DNA of 34,584 nucleotides, taken from contig CANRER010000001.1 in NCBI GenBank assembly GCA_947629615.1, forward strand, positions 1 to 34,584. The letters are read 5' to 3'. Under the pieces are notes generated by a model. That model saw only the letters and a list, made by a program, of their open reading frames with translations, was not told where the DNA came from and ran no database searches. The translations under genes were made by a program, and so were the position numbers. The DNA is from an uncultured Clostridia bacterium. GTDB lineage: Bacteria; Bacillota; Clostridia; UMGS1883. Below are positions 1-8,425 of the stretch, piece after piece. Each line of letters starts with the position of its first letter. The first letter of the stretch is position 1.

Positions 1-1928
1 TTCAGGCCGGAGCCGTTTTCTATCAAGGCCATGGAGTTCAGCTCGTCGGTCTTGGTGCGGAAGGCCACGTTTGACGCAACGCGTTTGCCGTCCGCCCACA
101 AATTGTAGCTTTGGGCGGCCACGTCGGCCTCTATCCGTATTTCTATATCGGAGCTTTCGCCGTTAGCGGGAGCCTTATAGCTTGCGACGAGCGTTTTTTC
201 TTCGCTTTCATTGTTGCGGTAATAAAGTTTTCCGTTGTTAAACAGTATGACGATAGAGCCGTCCGCGAAAGGATTTTCGGAATTAGAGTTCATATACGAG
301 CTGTTCCCTATCATCACGCCGCTGTCGCGGGAGCCGTTATCCCTGAGGGTGAAGCTGTATGTCACCTTGCCGGTCGCGGCGCGCAGGGCGGTAAAAAATT
401 TGGGGCGGTGATGAAACCAGCTTGAGGTAAGCAGCGCAAGCGGCTCGTAAACCGCGGTTTTTTTCATCAGAGGAGCGCCGTTCCCGCCAAAGGCCAGAAC
501 TGCCGCGCCGGCCGCGCCGGGCTCCGCCGCCGCGCGAAGCTCCGTTTCGCCCCCGTTTTCAACGGCCTCGGACGTAACGCCGATAAGATTGCCGTTTTCG
601 TCGTAGGACGCGAGGTAGAGCCTGCCGCCCTCGGGCGAGGCCGCAGCGACGGTGATTTCGCCGTTTTCATCTCTCACCTCGGCTTCGAGCGGGAACAGCT
701 TTTCGTTCGTCACCGTAACGTCGCACCGCACCTTTTGGCCCGTTTCCTGCGACATTACGAAAACATTCGACTTGCCGGGCTTAAGGCCCGTCACCACGCC
801 GTGGTCTATCCTCGCCACGGATTTGTCGCCGCCGTAGTACGAGGTGTTCCAGAGAACATATTTATTGGAGGCGTTATAAGGCTCGACTGTGGGCGTGAGG
901 CTTACCGACTCGCCCTGCCTTAAAACAATGCTTTTTTCGGCAAGATCCACGCTTTGCACGGGGACCTCCGGCATCTGCCTCGGATAGTCGTACTCGGCCA
1001 TGGGGTAGGCCTCGTTCCATTCGACAGTGGTATATTTCTCATCCCGCGGATGTTCCTTGCTAAACTCCGATTCCCGCATGAGGAAGTAAGGGTAGCTGTT
1101 AAACGGCGGATCGCTGCTGTACTCGGCGTCCCACGTGGCGTCAATGTCGTAATATTCCCCGTCCAGTCCGACGATATCCCATTCGTGACCACCGCCGTAG
1201 ACATCGCGGCAATCCACGCCCGCCGTCAGAAGCATACGGTAAAGCAGCACGGCGTAGCCCTGACACACACAGGTGCGGTCGATAAGTCCGCCGTAAGCGG
1301 TATGAGCTATCAAGTAATTGGCGTCGTCCACGTTATCATAGTCGTAGGTGATATTGCCGCAGACCCACTGATATATGGCCTCGGTCTTTTCGTAGTCGCT
1401 TTTACCCTCCAAATCAAGGGAATCCATCACCCGCTCAAGCTCAGCGTCAACCTTGCTTTCCTGCTCGGCGTCGGTGTAAAAATTAATGCTGTACCTCATG
1501 GTGTATTTATTGCCGCCGTAGGAGAAGCGCGCGGCTCTTTCTCTGTCCCACTGACGGTTAAGATAGTCGCCCTCGTTCGGCACGCCCGTATGAGCCATAG
1601 CCAGCTCAAACAGGTCGTCGGCAAGATTGTTCACGTTATACGAGCTGTCGGTAACGGTAACGTCAACGTCTATTACCGGCTCGCGGGCCACCATTCCGGC
1701 GCGGAGCTGCGCCGCGGCCTCGAGAAGGAAATCGTCCCCGGCCGACATAAGGCTCGCCTGCGACTTGAGCGGCAGCGTGACGAGGTTATAGTCCTCCCGA
1801 GACACCATTGGGTAATACACAACCTCAACGTTTTCCCCCGATGCGTCCGCGCCAAAAGCCGCGAGCGGCACAAGCGCCATCGCCGCGCAAAGCAGCAGCG
1901 CCGTCAGCCTTTTAAGCTTACTGTCCAT
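1..1928 (-). CDS. Secreted transglutaminase-like (cysteine-protease fold) protein with a Big_2 Ig-like domain and a C-terminal jelly-roll-like region. Partial: the C-terminus runs off the left edge.
   Basis: Not in the ORF track because it is edge-truncated. My reverse-strand translation from ATG 1928..1926 stays open to position 1. It begins MDSKLKRLTALLLCAAMALVPLAAFGADAS (signal peptide). Transglutaminase-core Cys/His/Asp context: RTCVCQGYAVLLYRML, GGGHEWDIV, YYDIDATWD. Big_2-like stretch: VQSVDLAEKSIVLRQGESVSLTPTVEPYNASNKYVLWNT...VTGLKPGKSNVFV. The start overlaps the stop of the upstream gene by 11 nt. Confidence 0.8.
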   Translation of the reverse strand, partial: MDSKLKRLTALLLCAAMALVPLAAFGADASGENVEVVYYPMVSREDYNLVTLPLKSQASLMSAGDDFLLEAAAQLRAGMVAREPVIDVDVTVTDSSYNVNNLADDLFELAMAHTGVPNEGDYLNRQWDRERAARFSYGGNKYTMRYSINFYTDAEQESKVDAELERVMDSLDLEGKSDYEKTEAIYQWVCGNITYDYDNVDDANYLIAHTAYGGLIDRTCVCQGYAVLLYRMLLTAGVDCRDVYGGGHEWDIVGLDGEYYDIDATWDAEYSSDPPFNSYPYFLMRESEFSKEHPRDEKYTTVEWNEAYPMAEYDYPRQMPEVPVQSVDLAEKSIVLRQGESVSLTPTVEPYNASNKYVLWNTSYYGGDKSVARIDHGVVTGLKPGKSNVFVMSQETGQKVRCDVTVTNEKLFPLEAEVRDENGEITVAAASPEGGRLYLASYDENGNLIGVTSEAVENGGETELRAAAEPGAAGAAVLAFGGNGAPLMKKTAVYEPLALLTSSWFHHRPKFFTALRAATGKVTYSFTLRDNGSRDSGVMIGNSSYMNSNSENPFADGSIVILFNNGKLYYRNNESEEKTLVASYKAPANGESSDIEIRIEADVAAQSYNLWADGKRVASNVAFRTKTDELNSMALIENGSGL

Positions 1929-2727
1929 CTTTTTTACTCCTTTTTTCTCTATTTTCCGTTTTGGCGGCCCTTTTGCGCCGAATGAGCCACGCGCATAGTA
2001 CGCAGACCGCTGCCGCCGCGAGCGCGAAAGCCGCCCACACCGCGGTTACGGCCCCCTTTTCGTCCGCGCGGCCGCTCTCGCCCGCCGAGCCTTCCTCGGG
2101 GGCGTTCTCGCCGCCGTCGGCGGATTGCGCGGAGCCTTCGCCGACGCTTTCGGCGGAGGCAAGCGGGGCGGAGGACAGGCTGACGGAAACGCTGTCGGCG
2201 GCGGTGCCGCTCCAGCTTTGAGGCTCGTCGGCCCCGGGCAGGATAACGCTCAGGCTGCCGCCGAAGCTTTCCTCGCTGCCCTGCGTCACAAGCTCGCTCG
2301 CGCCGAAGGCGGCGGCGTTCAGCGTGCCGTCGATTTTAAGGCGGCCGTCCTCGTATCTTGTCCACAGTCCGCCCTCGTCCGGGTCGGCTGTGAATTTCGG
2401 AGCCATGCCTATGCCGCGCCAGCTCTCCTCGCTTGTAAGCTCGCCGATATTGGCGAAATCGCGGCTCACGCTTACATAAACGAAGCTGTCGTCCTCGGAT
2501 TCGGCGTACTCCACGCCGTTTTCCTCAAGAGATGAAGTCACCATTGTTTTGAGCTGCTCCAGCACCTCGGGGCTGCCCATTTTGTCCTTTTCAATGCCGT
2601 AAACCACGTTGGCGGTGAAGCTGCCGTCGTCGTTGACGGTTAGCGTCACGTCGCTGCGGCCGCAGCCAGCGAGGAGCAGCCCGCAGAAAATCAGGGCCAA
2701 AAGGCCGAATAGCTTTGTCTTTTTCAT
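1918..2727 (-). CDS. Lipoprotein with an additional C-terminal TM anchor. The topology resembles LppM/DUF3153, but that assignment is tentative.
   Basis: 269-aa ORF. Signal peptide plus lipobox: MKKTKLFGLLALIFCGLLLAGC-GRS. Low-complexity Ser/Gly/Glu linker, then hydrophobic AVTAVWAAFALAAAAVCVLCAWLI followed by RRKR. Lies 9 nt downstream of the preceding micro-ORF. Confidence 0.7.
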   Translation of the reverse strand: MKKTKLFGLLALIFCGLLLAGCGRSDVTLTVNDDGSFTANVVYGIEKDKMGSPEVLEQLKTMVTSSLEENGVEYAESEDDSFVYVSVSRDFANIGELTSEESWRGIGMAPKFTADPDEGGLWTRYEDGRLKIDGTLNAAAFGASELVTQGSEESFGGSLSVILPGADEPQSWSGTAADSVSVSLSSAPLASAESVGEGSAQSADGGENAPEEGSAGESGRADEKGAVTAVWAAFALAAAAVCVLCAWLIRRKRAAKTENREKRSKKDGQ

Positions 2728-2736
2728 TTGCCGCGC

Positions 2737-2874
2737 CTACCCTATGAACATAGTTTCGCCGTCGTACTCGTACAGCGCGGGGCCCTCGGCCCGCCTTTTA
2801 AGCAGCGCGGCAAGCGCGGCGAGAACCGACGCCACAGCCGCCGCGGCCAAAATAAACTTGATTGCGTCCTTCAT
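2737..2874 (-). CDS. 45-aa single-TM membrane peptide of unknown function
   Basis: Below the ORF-track cut-off; read by hand as MKDAIKFILAAAAVASVLAALAALLKRRAEGPALYEYDGETMFIG. A GGAG lies 8 nt upstream of the ATG at 2874. It fits exactly between the mgsA stop (2887) and the lipoprotein start (2727). Confidence 0.5.
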   Translation of the reverse strand: MKDAIKFILAAAAVASVLAALAALLKRRAEGPALYEYDGETMFIG

Positions 2875-2886
2875 TTATAAATCTCC

Positions 2887-3309
2887 TTAAAAATTGTCGC
2901 CGGAGGCGCTTTTCGGGTTTACGATGTCGCGCCAGCCGAGGTCGCCCCTGCCGAGGCCGCGCACCAACACCTCGGCGGTGGCGACGTTGGTCGCCAGCGG
3001 GATGTTGTGTACGTCGCAAAGGCGGAACAGCGCGCTGACGTCCGGCTCGTGGGGCTGGGCCGTCAGCGGGTCGCGGAAAAACAGCACAAGGTCGATCTCG
3101 TCGTAGGCTATCCTCGCGCCGATCTGCTGGTCGCCGCCCTGCGGCCCCGACAAGAAGCAATGCACCTTGAGGCCGGTGGCCTCGGTAACAAGGCCGCCGG
3201 TGGTGCCCGTGGCGCAAAGCGTGTGCTTTTCGAGTATGCCCTTGTAGGCTATGCAGAACTGAACCATCAGCTCCTTTTTTTGGTCGTGGGCAATTAATGC
3301 GATGTTCAT
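2887..3309 (-). CDS. mgsA: Methylglyoxal synthase
   Basis: 140 aa. [15 protein letters not shown]..., [19 protein letters not shown] and [12 protein letters not shown] are the conserved MgsA motifs. GGAGGG RBS upstream. Confidence 0.93.
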   Translation of the reverse strand: MNIALIAHDQKKELMVQFCIAYKGILEKHTLCATGTTGGLVTEATGLKVHCFLSGPQGGDQQIGARIAYDEIDLVLFFRDPLTAQPHEPDVSALFRLCDVHNIPLATNVATAEVLVRGLGRGDLGWRDIVNPKSASGDNF

Positions 3310-3333
3310 ATTTTTCCCTCCGTTATATTATGT

Positions 3334-4116
3334 CTAAGCGTTCAGAAGCCGACGGATAAGGCCCCCTCGCTCTTTGAAGTCTATGAGATCGACGCTTTCG
3401 CCGCAAAGCCTTGCGGCCATGTTGCGAAAGGCGCGTCCGGCCTCGCTTTTTTTGTCGAAGGCCACAAGGTCAAGGCTGTTTGCCGCTATGGCGAGGGCCT
3501 CGTCCTCGGGCGCGACGCCGAGCAAATCCACGCTCAGCCCCGACACAATGTCCTCCACGCTCGGCATAAGCCCCCGACGCGTCAGCGAGGGCCGCAGCCG
3601 ATTGATGACGAGGCGCACCCCGCCGATTTCTTCCTTTTCCAAAAGGCCGAGCGTCCTGTCGGCGTCGCGCAGAGCGGCGGCCTCGGGCAGAACCACGACT
3701 ATGGCCTCGTCCGAAGCGGCGGCAGCCGCCCTGAAGGGGCCGCCTATGCCCGGCGGGCAGTCGATAAGCACAAAGTCGTAATCGGGCGCGGCCTTTTCCG
3801 TCAGGCAGCGAAGCTGCGTGGCCGTGACGGAGCCTTCGTCCTTGGTTTGCGACGCGGGCAGCAGGTAAAGCCCCGGCTGCGTTCTGTGTTTTACGACGGC
3901 CTTCGCAAGCTCACAGCAGCCCTCGGCCACGTCCGTCAGGTCGTACACTATTTCGCTGTCGAGGCCCAAAGCCATATCAAGGCTTCTCAGCCCTATGCTC
4001 ATGTCGATAAGCAGCGTTTTTTTCCCTCGCAGCGCAAGCGCCGCGCCGAGATTGGCCGTCACGGCCGTTTTGCCCGCGCCGCCCTTGCCGCTCACGACCG
4101 CTATGACCTTGCCCAT
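3334..4116 (-). CDS. minD: Septum site-determining ATPase MinD
   Basis: 260 aa. Deviant Walker A: VSGKGGAGKT. Collinear with E. coli MinD (IDxDIGLRxLD, LPASQT, DCPPGI, GVxPED). C-terminal amphipathic membrane-targeting helix: GGLIRRLLNA. Confidence 0.88.
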   Translation of the reverse strand: MGKVIAVVSGKGGAGKTAVTANLGAALALRGKKTLLIDMSIGLRSLDMALGLDSEIVYDLTDVAEGCCELAKAVVKHRTQPGLYLLPASQTKDEGSVTATQLRCLTEKAAPDYDFVLIDCPPGIGGPFRAAAAASDEAIVVVLPEAAALRDADRTLGLLEKEEIGGVRLVINRLRPSLTRRGLMPSVEDIVSGLSVDLLGVAPEDEALAIAANSLDLVAFDKKSEAGRAFRNMAARLCGESVDLIDFKERGGLIRRLLNA

Positions 4117-4138
4117 AGCCGTCCCTCCCGTTTTTGCG

Positions 4139-6223
4139 TCATTTTTTCAGCCTGTTCGGCGGCTCCGACTCGTCCTCGCCTCCGCCGCTGAAATACTGCT
4201 CTATCGCGGCGCGTACAATCGGCGCCGCCTTGCTGCCGCCGCCCGCCTTTTCCAGAACGCAGGCCACGGCTATCTGCGGATTATCGTAGGGCGCGTAGGC
4301 TATATACACGCCGTTGGTATAAAGCTCGCTTATCTGCGCGCTGCCGGTCTTGGCCGCCACAGGCACCTTACAGCCCTCGAAGGCCTCCCTCGCCGTGCCG
4401 GAGGTGACGACCATGCGCATACCCTCGGCCACGGCCTTGTGGTATTCGGGGCTCATTTTCACCCGCGAAACCTCCTCGGGGCGGGTGACTATCTCGGCGG
4501 AATCCTCGCCCGCGCGAATGCTCTTGACGAGGTGCGGGCGGTAGAGCGCGCCTCCGTTCGCGATGGCCGCCGTGTAGCAGGCGAGCTGCAGCGGGGTGGC
4601 GAGCGTGTCGGACTGGCCGATAGCCGTTTGCAGAACGTCGCCGGGGAACCACGTGCCGCCTCGGCTTTCGCGGTTCTGCGGGCTTGCCACGCTGCCGGCG
4701 CTCTCCTCGCTTTCAAGCTCGATGCCGGTTTTTCTGCCGAAGCCGAAGCTCTTGGCGTACTCGTCTATTTTTTCGATGCCCAGCCTTCGGCCCGTTTCAA
4801 AGAAGAAAATATTACAAGAATCCCTTATCGCCTCGCTGACGTTTTCGCTGCCGTGGGTTTCACCGCTTTGGTTATACAGCCAGCACCCGGGCTGATAGTC
4901 CTTATAGTAGGTGTATTTCCCGGTGTCCTCGATGGTTTCGTCCACGGTTATGACCCCCTCGTTCAAGGCCCCGAAGGCTACGCAGGGCTTAAAGGTGGAG
5001 CCGGGCGTATAAGTGCCCATCAGCGCCCTGTTCACGAGCGGGCGGGCCGGGTTTTCCATGAGGCGCGAATATTCGCTGCTGAACTTTTCCACATCGTATG
5101 TCGGGTACGAGGCCATAGCCAGAACGTCGCAGTTGTTCACGTCCAGCACGACTATCGCGCCGCTGTCGCAGTCGCTGCCGCCCTCCGGGCTGCCGGCCTC
5201 GTCGGCTATTTTTATGATATTGTCGCGCAGAGCCTCCTCGCAGGTCTTTTGCAGCTCGATGTCCAGCGTCAGGCTGACGTTTCGCCCGTTGACGGCGGGC
5301 TTTTCGACCGACGAGTCGATATTTCCGCCGCCGGAGGTCTGCTGGGCGGCGCTTAAGCCGTCCTCGCCGCGCAGATATTTTTCGAGGTATTTTTCAAGCC
5401 CCTGCTTGCCTATGCGCGAATTTATGCCGTAGCCCTCGTCCTTCAGCTCGTCGTACTCCTCGCGGCTGATGGTGCCTACCCTGCCGAGAATGTGCGAGGC
5501 GACGCCCGGAGCGGCGTAATCGCGCACGGGCTGAACAACGACGCTCGCGCCGGCAAAGCCCGCCGACTGCTCCTTTATGGCCGTCACCACGCCTATGCTG
5601 ACGTCGCTGCCGAAAACATAAGGGGTGTAGGACGAAAAGTCGCGCTCCTCCATATCCAGCCGCACGGCGGCTATTTCGGCCAGCTCCTCGCCGCCGTAGG
5701 CGGAAAGCGAATATTTTTCGGAAAGCTCGTTTATAATGTCGTTCGCCGACGCGGAGGCAGCGAAGCCGTGCTCCTTTTTCCACTCGGCCTCAAGCTCGGC
5801 GGCGGCTTGCCCGTCCTCGGTCGCGGAAGCGTCGGCGGCCTCGGCGGGCGCGGCCTCGGCGTCAAGGTCGAACGCGAAGCCCTCGCCGTCGTAGAATATG
5901 GCTTGGTCGGCGTTTTTCGTCTGCTCCCAACGGCCGAAAACGTAGCAGAGGTTGCTTATGAGGCGGTTCAAATTTTCCTCGTCGTCGGAGCCGCTTCCCG
6001 TCACCTGAACGCTGTAGCCGCTGCGGTTGGTAACGATGTCGCGGCCATAGCGGTCGTAAATTTCGCCGCGCGGCGCTTCGAGAGTTATGCTTTTGGTGGT
6101 GCGGCGGTCGCTGCGCTCGCGGTAGTCCTGTCCCTCCACTATCTGGAGCTGAATGAGGCTGGCGAAAATGGCGACGGCGCAGACGGCTATCAGCGCCCTC
6201 GCGGCGGTAAATCTGCCCTTCAT
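4139..6223 (-). CDS. mrdA: Class B penicillin-binding protein 2 (elongation transpeptidase)
   Basis: 694 aa. N-terminal TM anchor, QIVEGQDYRERS pedestal start, transpeptidase motifs STFKP and KTGSAQ. Its ATG overlaps the mreD stop (ATGA at 6220..6223). Confidence 0.9.
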   Translation of the reverse strand: MKGRFTAARALIAVCAVAIFASLIQLQIVEGQDYRERSDRRTTKSITLEAPRGEIYDRYGRDIVTNRSGYSVQVTGSGSDDEENLNRLISNLCYVFGRWEQTKNADQAIFYDGEGFAFDLDAEAAPAEAADASATEDGQAAAELEAEWKKEHGFAASASANDIINELSEKYSLSAYGGEELAEIAAVRLDMEERDFSSYTPYVFGSDVSIGVVTAIKEQSAGFAGASVVVQPVRDYAAPGVASHILGRVGTISREEYDELKDEGYGINSRIGKQGLEKYLEKYLRGEDGLSAAQQTSGGGNIDSSVEKPAVNGRNVSLTLDIELQKTCEEALRDNIIKIADEAGSPEGGSDCDSGAIVVLDVNNCDVLAMASYPTYDVEKFSSEYSRLMENPARPLVNRALMGTYTPGSTFKPCVAFGALNEGVITVDETIEDTGKYTYYKDYQPGCWLYNQSGETHGSENVSEAIRDSCNIFFFETGRRLGIEKIDEYAKSFGFGRKTGIELESEESAGSVASPQNRESRGGTWFPGDVLQTAIGQSDTLATPLQLACYTAAIANGGALYRPHLVKSIRAGEDSAEIVTRPEEVSRVKMSPEYHKAVAEGMRMVVTSGTAREAFEGCKVPVAAKTGSAQISELYTNGVYIAYAPYDNPQIAVACVLEKAGGGSKAAPIVRAAIEQYFSGGGEDESEPPNRLKK

Positions 6224-6711
6224 GCCTTATCGCCGCCCTTCCGCAGCTTCAGCGCGGCCCAAAACAAGGGCAGCGACAAAGCCAGATTGAACGTGGCGGC
6301 GGCGAACGCCGTCAACAGCCAGCGGCCCACGGCCACGTCCCCGCGCGGCACCGCGAGCGACAGCAGCCCGTAGGCCAAATAGTAAAGCGCCGTGAAAAGC
6401 CACACACAGCCCGCCATAAGGGCGGGGGAGTTGTTTATTTTTTCGCTCACCGTCAGCTTCACGCCGACGGCAAGATACATATACAGCAGCAGATTTACGC
6501 CGAAGCCGCGGCCGGCGGCCCCGTCGATGATAAGGCCGTATATCCCGCCGACGGCGACCGCCTCGGCGGAATTGCAGAAAAGGCATACGCCCACAAAGGC
6601 CAGCACGCACAAATTCGGCGAAAACGAGAACGCTCTCAGCCGCTGCGCCGGCCCGAACTGGAGCAGCAGCGCCGCAAGCAAAACCGCCGTGCGGATAATT
6701 CTGTTTTTCAC
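6220..6711 (-). CDS. mreD: Rod shape-determining protein MreD
   Basis: 163-aa polytopic membrane protein sitting between mreC and PBP2. Size, hydrophobicity pattern and position are typical of MreD. Confidence 0.75.
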   Translation of the reverse strand: MKNRIIRTAVLLAALLLQFGPAQRLRAFSFSPNLCVLAFVGVCLFCNSAEAVAVGGIYGLIIDGAAGRGFGVNLLLYMYLAVGVKLTVSEKINNSPALMAGCVWLFTALYYLAYGLLSLAVPRGDVAVGRWLLTAFAAATFNLALSLPLFWAALKLRKGGDKA

Positions 6712-6741
6712 GGCTCCGCCTCCCTTCCGCCTATAATGCGC

Positions 6742-7557
6742 CTATCGCTTTATCTCCACAAGCGCCTCGGTTATGCCGTCCAGATCAGCCGAGGTTTCGA
6801 CCTCGCAGCTCAGCGTCAAGCCGTCGCCGCTCTCGACAATTTCCGTCACCTTGCCAATCCTTATCCCCTTCGGGAATATCCCTCCCATGCCGGAGGTTTC
6901 TATGTTGTCGCCCACGACAATGCGGGCGTTTTTATCCAAATAATTCATGCGGCACTTGCCCATCGGCGTCAGGCCGCTTTTGCCCTCGATAAGGCCCATA
7001 TCGTTTGTTCGGCCGCACACCGCCCCCACCGACGATTCAACGTCAGCCACGGTCTTCACCTTGGCGTAGTTCGGCCCCACCTCATACACGCTGCCGACCA
7101 GCCCCTCCGGCACGATGACTACGGAGCCGACGTCCACGCCGGCTGCGCTGCCCTTGTCGATTACGAGCGTTTCGTACCAATCGCCGCTGTCGCGCGATAT
7201 GACGTTCGCCCCCTCGTACTCGGCCTCGGTCCGCAGGTCCTTCATATCGAGCAAGGCCCGCAGCCGCTGATTTTCGCTGACGTACGCGTCCATGTTCACG
7301 GTTTCCTGCTCAAGGTCGGCCACGCGCTCCTTAAGAGCCTTGTTTTCGCCCTTATATTTGCCGCTGTTTATAATGCTGTCGAACAAGTCGCCCACCGCGC
7401 CCAGCGAAGCCGCCGCCTTTTCGATGGGCGTTATCAGCGTTCCCACCGCGGCGTTGACCGCCTCGGAGCCCGTCACGGCCGACGCGGCCATTATTCCCAA
7501 AACCGCCCCCGTTGCGATAAGAAGAGCGATCCACAGCTTTTTTGAAAATTTTTTCAC
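6742..7557 (-). CDS. mreC: Rod shape-determining protein MreC
   Basis: The track ORF 6742..7647 overlaps maf. I place the start at GTG 7557, 7 nt after AGGAGG, giving (M)KKFSKKLWIALLIATGAVLGIMAA (TM), a coiled coil (KALKERVADLEQE...ENQRLRALLDMK) and the beta-barrel domain (GMGGIFPKGIRIGKV). Confidence 0.88.
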   Translation of the reverse strand: MKKFSKKLWIALLIATGAVLGIMAASAVTGSEAVNAAVGTLITPIEKAAASLGAVGDLFDSIINSGKYKGENKALKERVADLEQETVNMDAYVSENQRLRALLDMKDLRTEAEYEGANVISRDSGDWYETLVIDKGSAAGVDVGSVVIVPEGLVGSVYEVGPNYAKVKTVADVESSVGAVCGRTNDMGLIEGKSGLTPMGKCRMNYLDKNARIVVGDNIETSGMGGIFPKGIRIGKVTEIVESGDGLTLSCEVETSADLDGITEALVEIKR

Positions 7558-7595
7558 GCCGTAACCTCCTTGGCGGGCGCGCGCCCGCGTCTGCC

Positions 7596-8177
7596 CTACA
7601 GCAGCGTTATGCCAAATTCCTTTTTCAGCCTTTTCCCGAGGGCGCACACCGGCAGCCCCACGACGTTGAAATAGTCGCCCTCGATTTTTTCGATAAGAAG
7701 GCTTCCCTTATCCTGAATACCGTAGGCCCCGGCCTTATCCATAGGCTCGCCGCTGTTTACGTAGGCGGTTTTTTCCTCGTCGGAGAGGGCCTTCATATAC
7801 ACCCGCGTTTCCTCCGAGCCGGCCACGGTTTCCATATCCGCGCAGCGCACCGCCGCGTAGCCCGTGTAAACCTCGTGGGCTCGTCCGGCGAGCAGGCCCA
7901 GCATTTCCTTCGCCTCGTCGGCGGACTTGGGCTTTCCCAGCACACGGCCGTCGATATGCACGCAGGTGTCCGCGCCGATAACCAGCGCGTCCTTCCCGGC
8001 GAAGGCCTTGGCCACATGGAGGGCCTTCATCATGGCCAGCCTTTTGACCATTTGCCTCGGCTCCTCGTCGGGGAGCGGGGTTTCGTCCACATCGGCGGGC
8101 ATGACGCGCGGCCTTAGGCCGAGCCTGTTCAGCAGCTCGCTGCGCCTCGGCGAGCCGGAGGCAAGAATATATAGCAT
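7596..8177 (-). CDS. maf: Maf-family nucleoside triphosphate pyrophosphatase / septum formation inhibitor
   Basis: MLYILASGSPRRSELL..., GKP and AGAYGIQ motifs. I place the start at ATG 8177 rather than the track's longest start at 8210. Confidence 0.88.
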   Translation of the reverse strand: MLYILASGSPRRSELLNRLGLRPRVMPADVDETPLPDEEPRQMVKRLAMMKALHVAKAFAGKDALVIGADTCVHIDGRVLGKPKSADEAKEMLGLLAGRAHEVYTGYAAVRCADMETVAGSEETRVYMKALSDEEKTAYVNSGEPMDKAGAYGIQDKGSLLIEKIEGDYFNVVGLPVCALGKRLKKEFGITLL

Positions 8178-8282
8178 GGTCGCAAAGCCTTTCCGCCCGC
8201 AATTTTGCAAGTCAAGCCTTCCGCCGCGGGCCGGCGGGGCTCGGGAGCGGCTCGTTTTCCGCTTCCCACTATCTCATTCTAA

Positions 8283-8311
8283 AGTATACCACAGCCCGCC
8301 CGTTTTTTCAA
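8283..8311 (-). promoter_or_regulatory. SigA-type promoter of the maf-mreCD-PBP2-minD-mgsA operon
   Basis: Minus strand reads TTGAAA, 17 nt, TATACT, with a TG at the extended -10 position (ctgTGgTATACT). It lies about 100 nt upstream of the maf ATG. Confidence 0.55.
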
Positions 8312-8372
8312 TAGAAAACTTTCAAATTCACAGTTTTTTTACCATAGACGGGCGGCGTTGCCGCAAAACGCG

Positions 8373-8400
8373 GAAAATCCGCCCCTTCGGACGGATTTCC
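8373..8400 (-). terminator. Hairpin terminator downstream of the XRE regulator gene
   Basis: AAATCCG(C)CC-CTTC-GG(A)CGGATTT: a 10-bp stem with one mismatch, about 25 nt after the stop at 8426. On the minus strand it is followed by a U-containing tract (TTTCCGCGTTTTG). Confidence 0.45.
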
Positions 8401-8425
8401 CCGGAAGCGCAGCGGTCTTGACCTA

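Noticed and set aside
954-1985. A 343-aa plus-strand ORF and other mid-size ORFs opposite real genes: 3995..5356, 5492..6373, 6736..7545, 17142..18557, 24366..25289, 27394..28629, 28695..30167, 31540..32874 and 33725..34288.
   Set aside because: Each lies antisense or out of frame to a gene with strong family signatures (transglutaminase-like, PBP2, mreC, glyQS, LtaS-family, UPF0210, CPA2, hydrolase/truA, GH43). All have biased Arg/Ala/Gly/His composition and lack RBSs.
3310-3333. A hidden minE-like or other micro-ORF between minD and mgsA, and a hidden minC between PBP2 and minD (4117..4138).
   Set aside because: The gaps are only 24 and 22 nt and contain just the RBS of the downstream gene.
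7558-7647. Longer N-terminal extensions offered by the ORF track for mreC (to 7647), maf (to 8210), the XRE regulator (to 8920), the acidic-tail protein (to 9599), the LtaS-family enzyme (to 26084), birA (from 26481) and the hydrolase (from 31037).
   Set aside because: In each case an internal ATG or GTG is preceded by a GGAGG-type RBS at 5-9 nt and matches the family N-terminus. The longest start overlaps the upstream gene, or lies upstream of or inside the predicted promoter.
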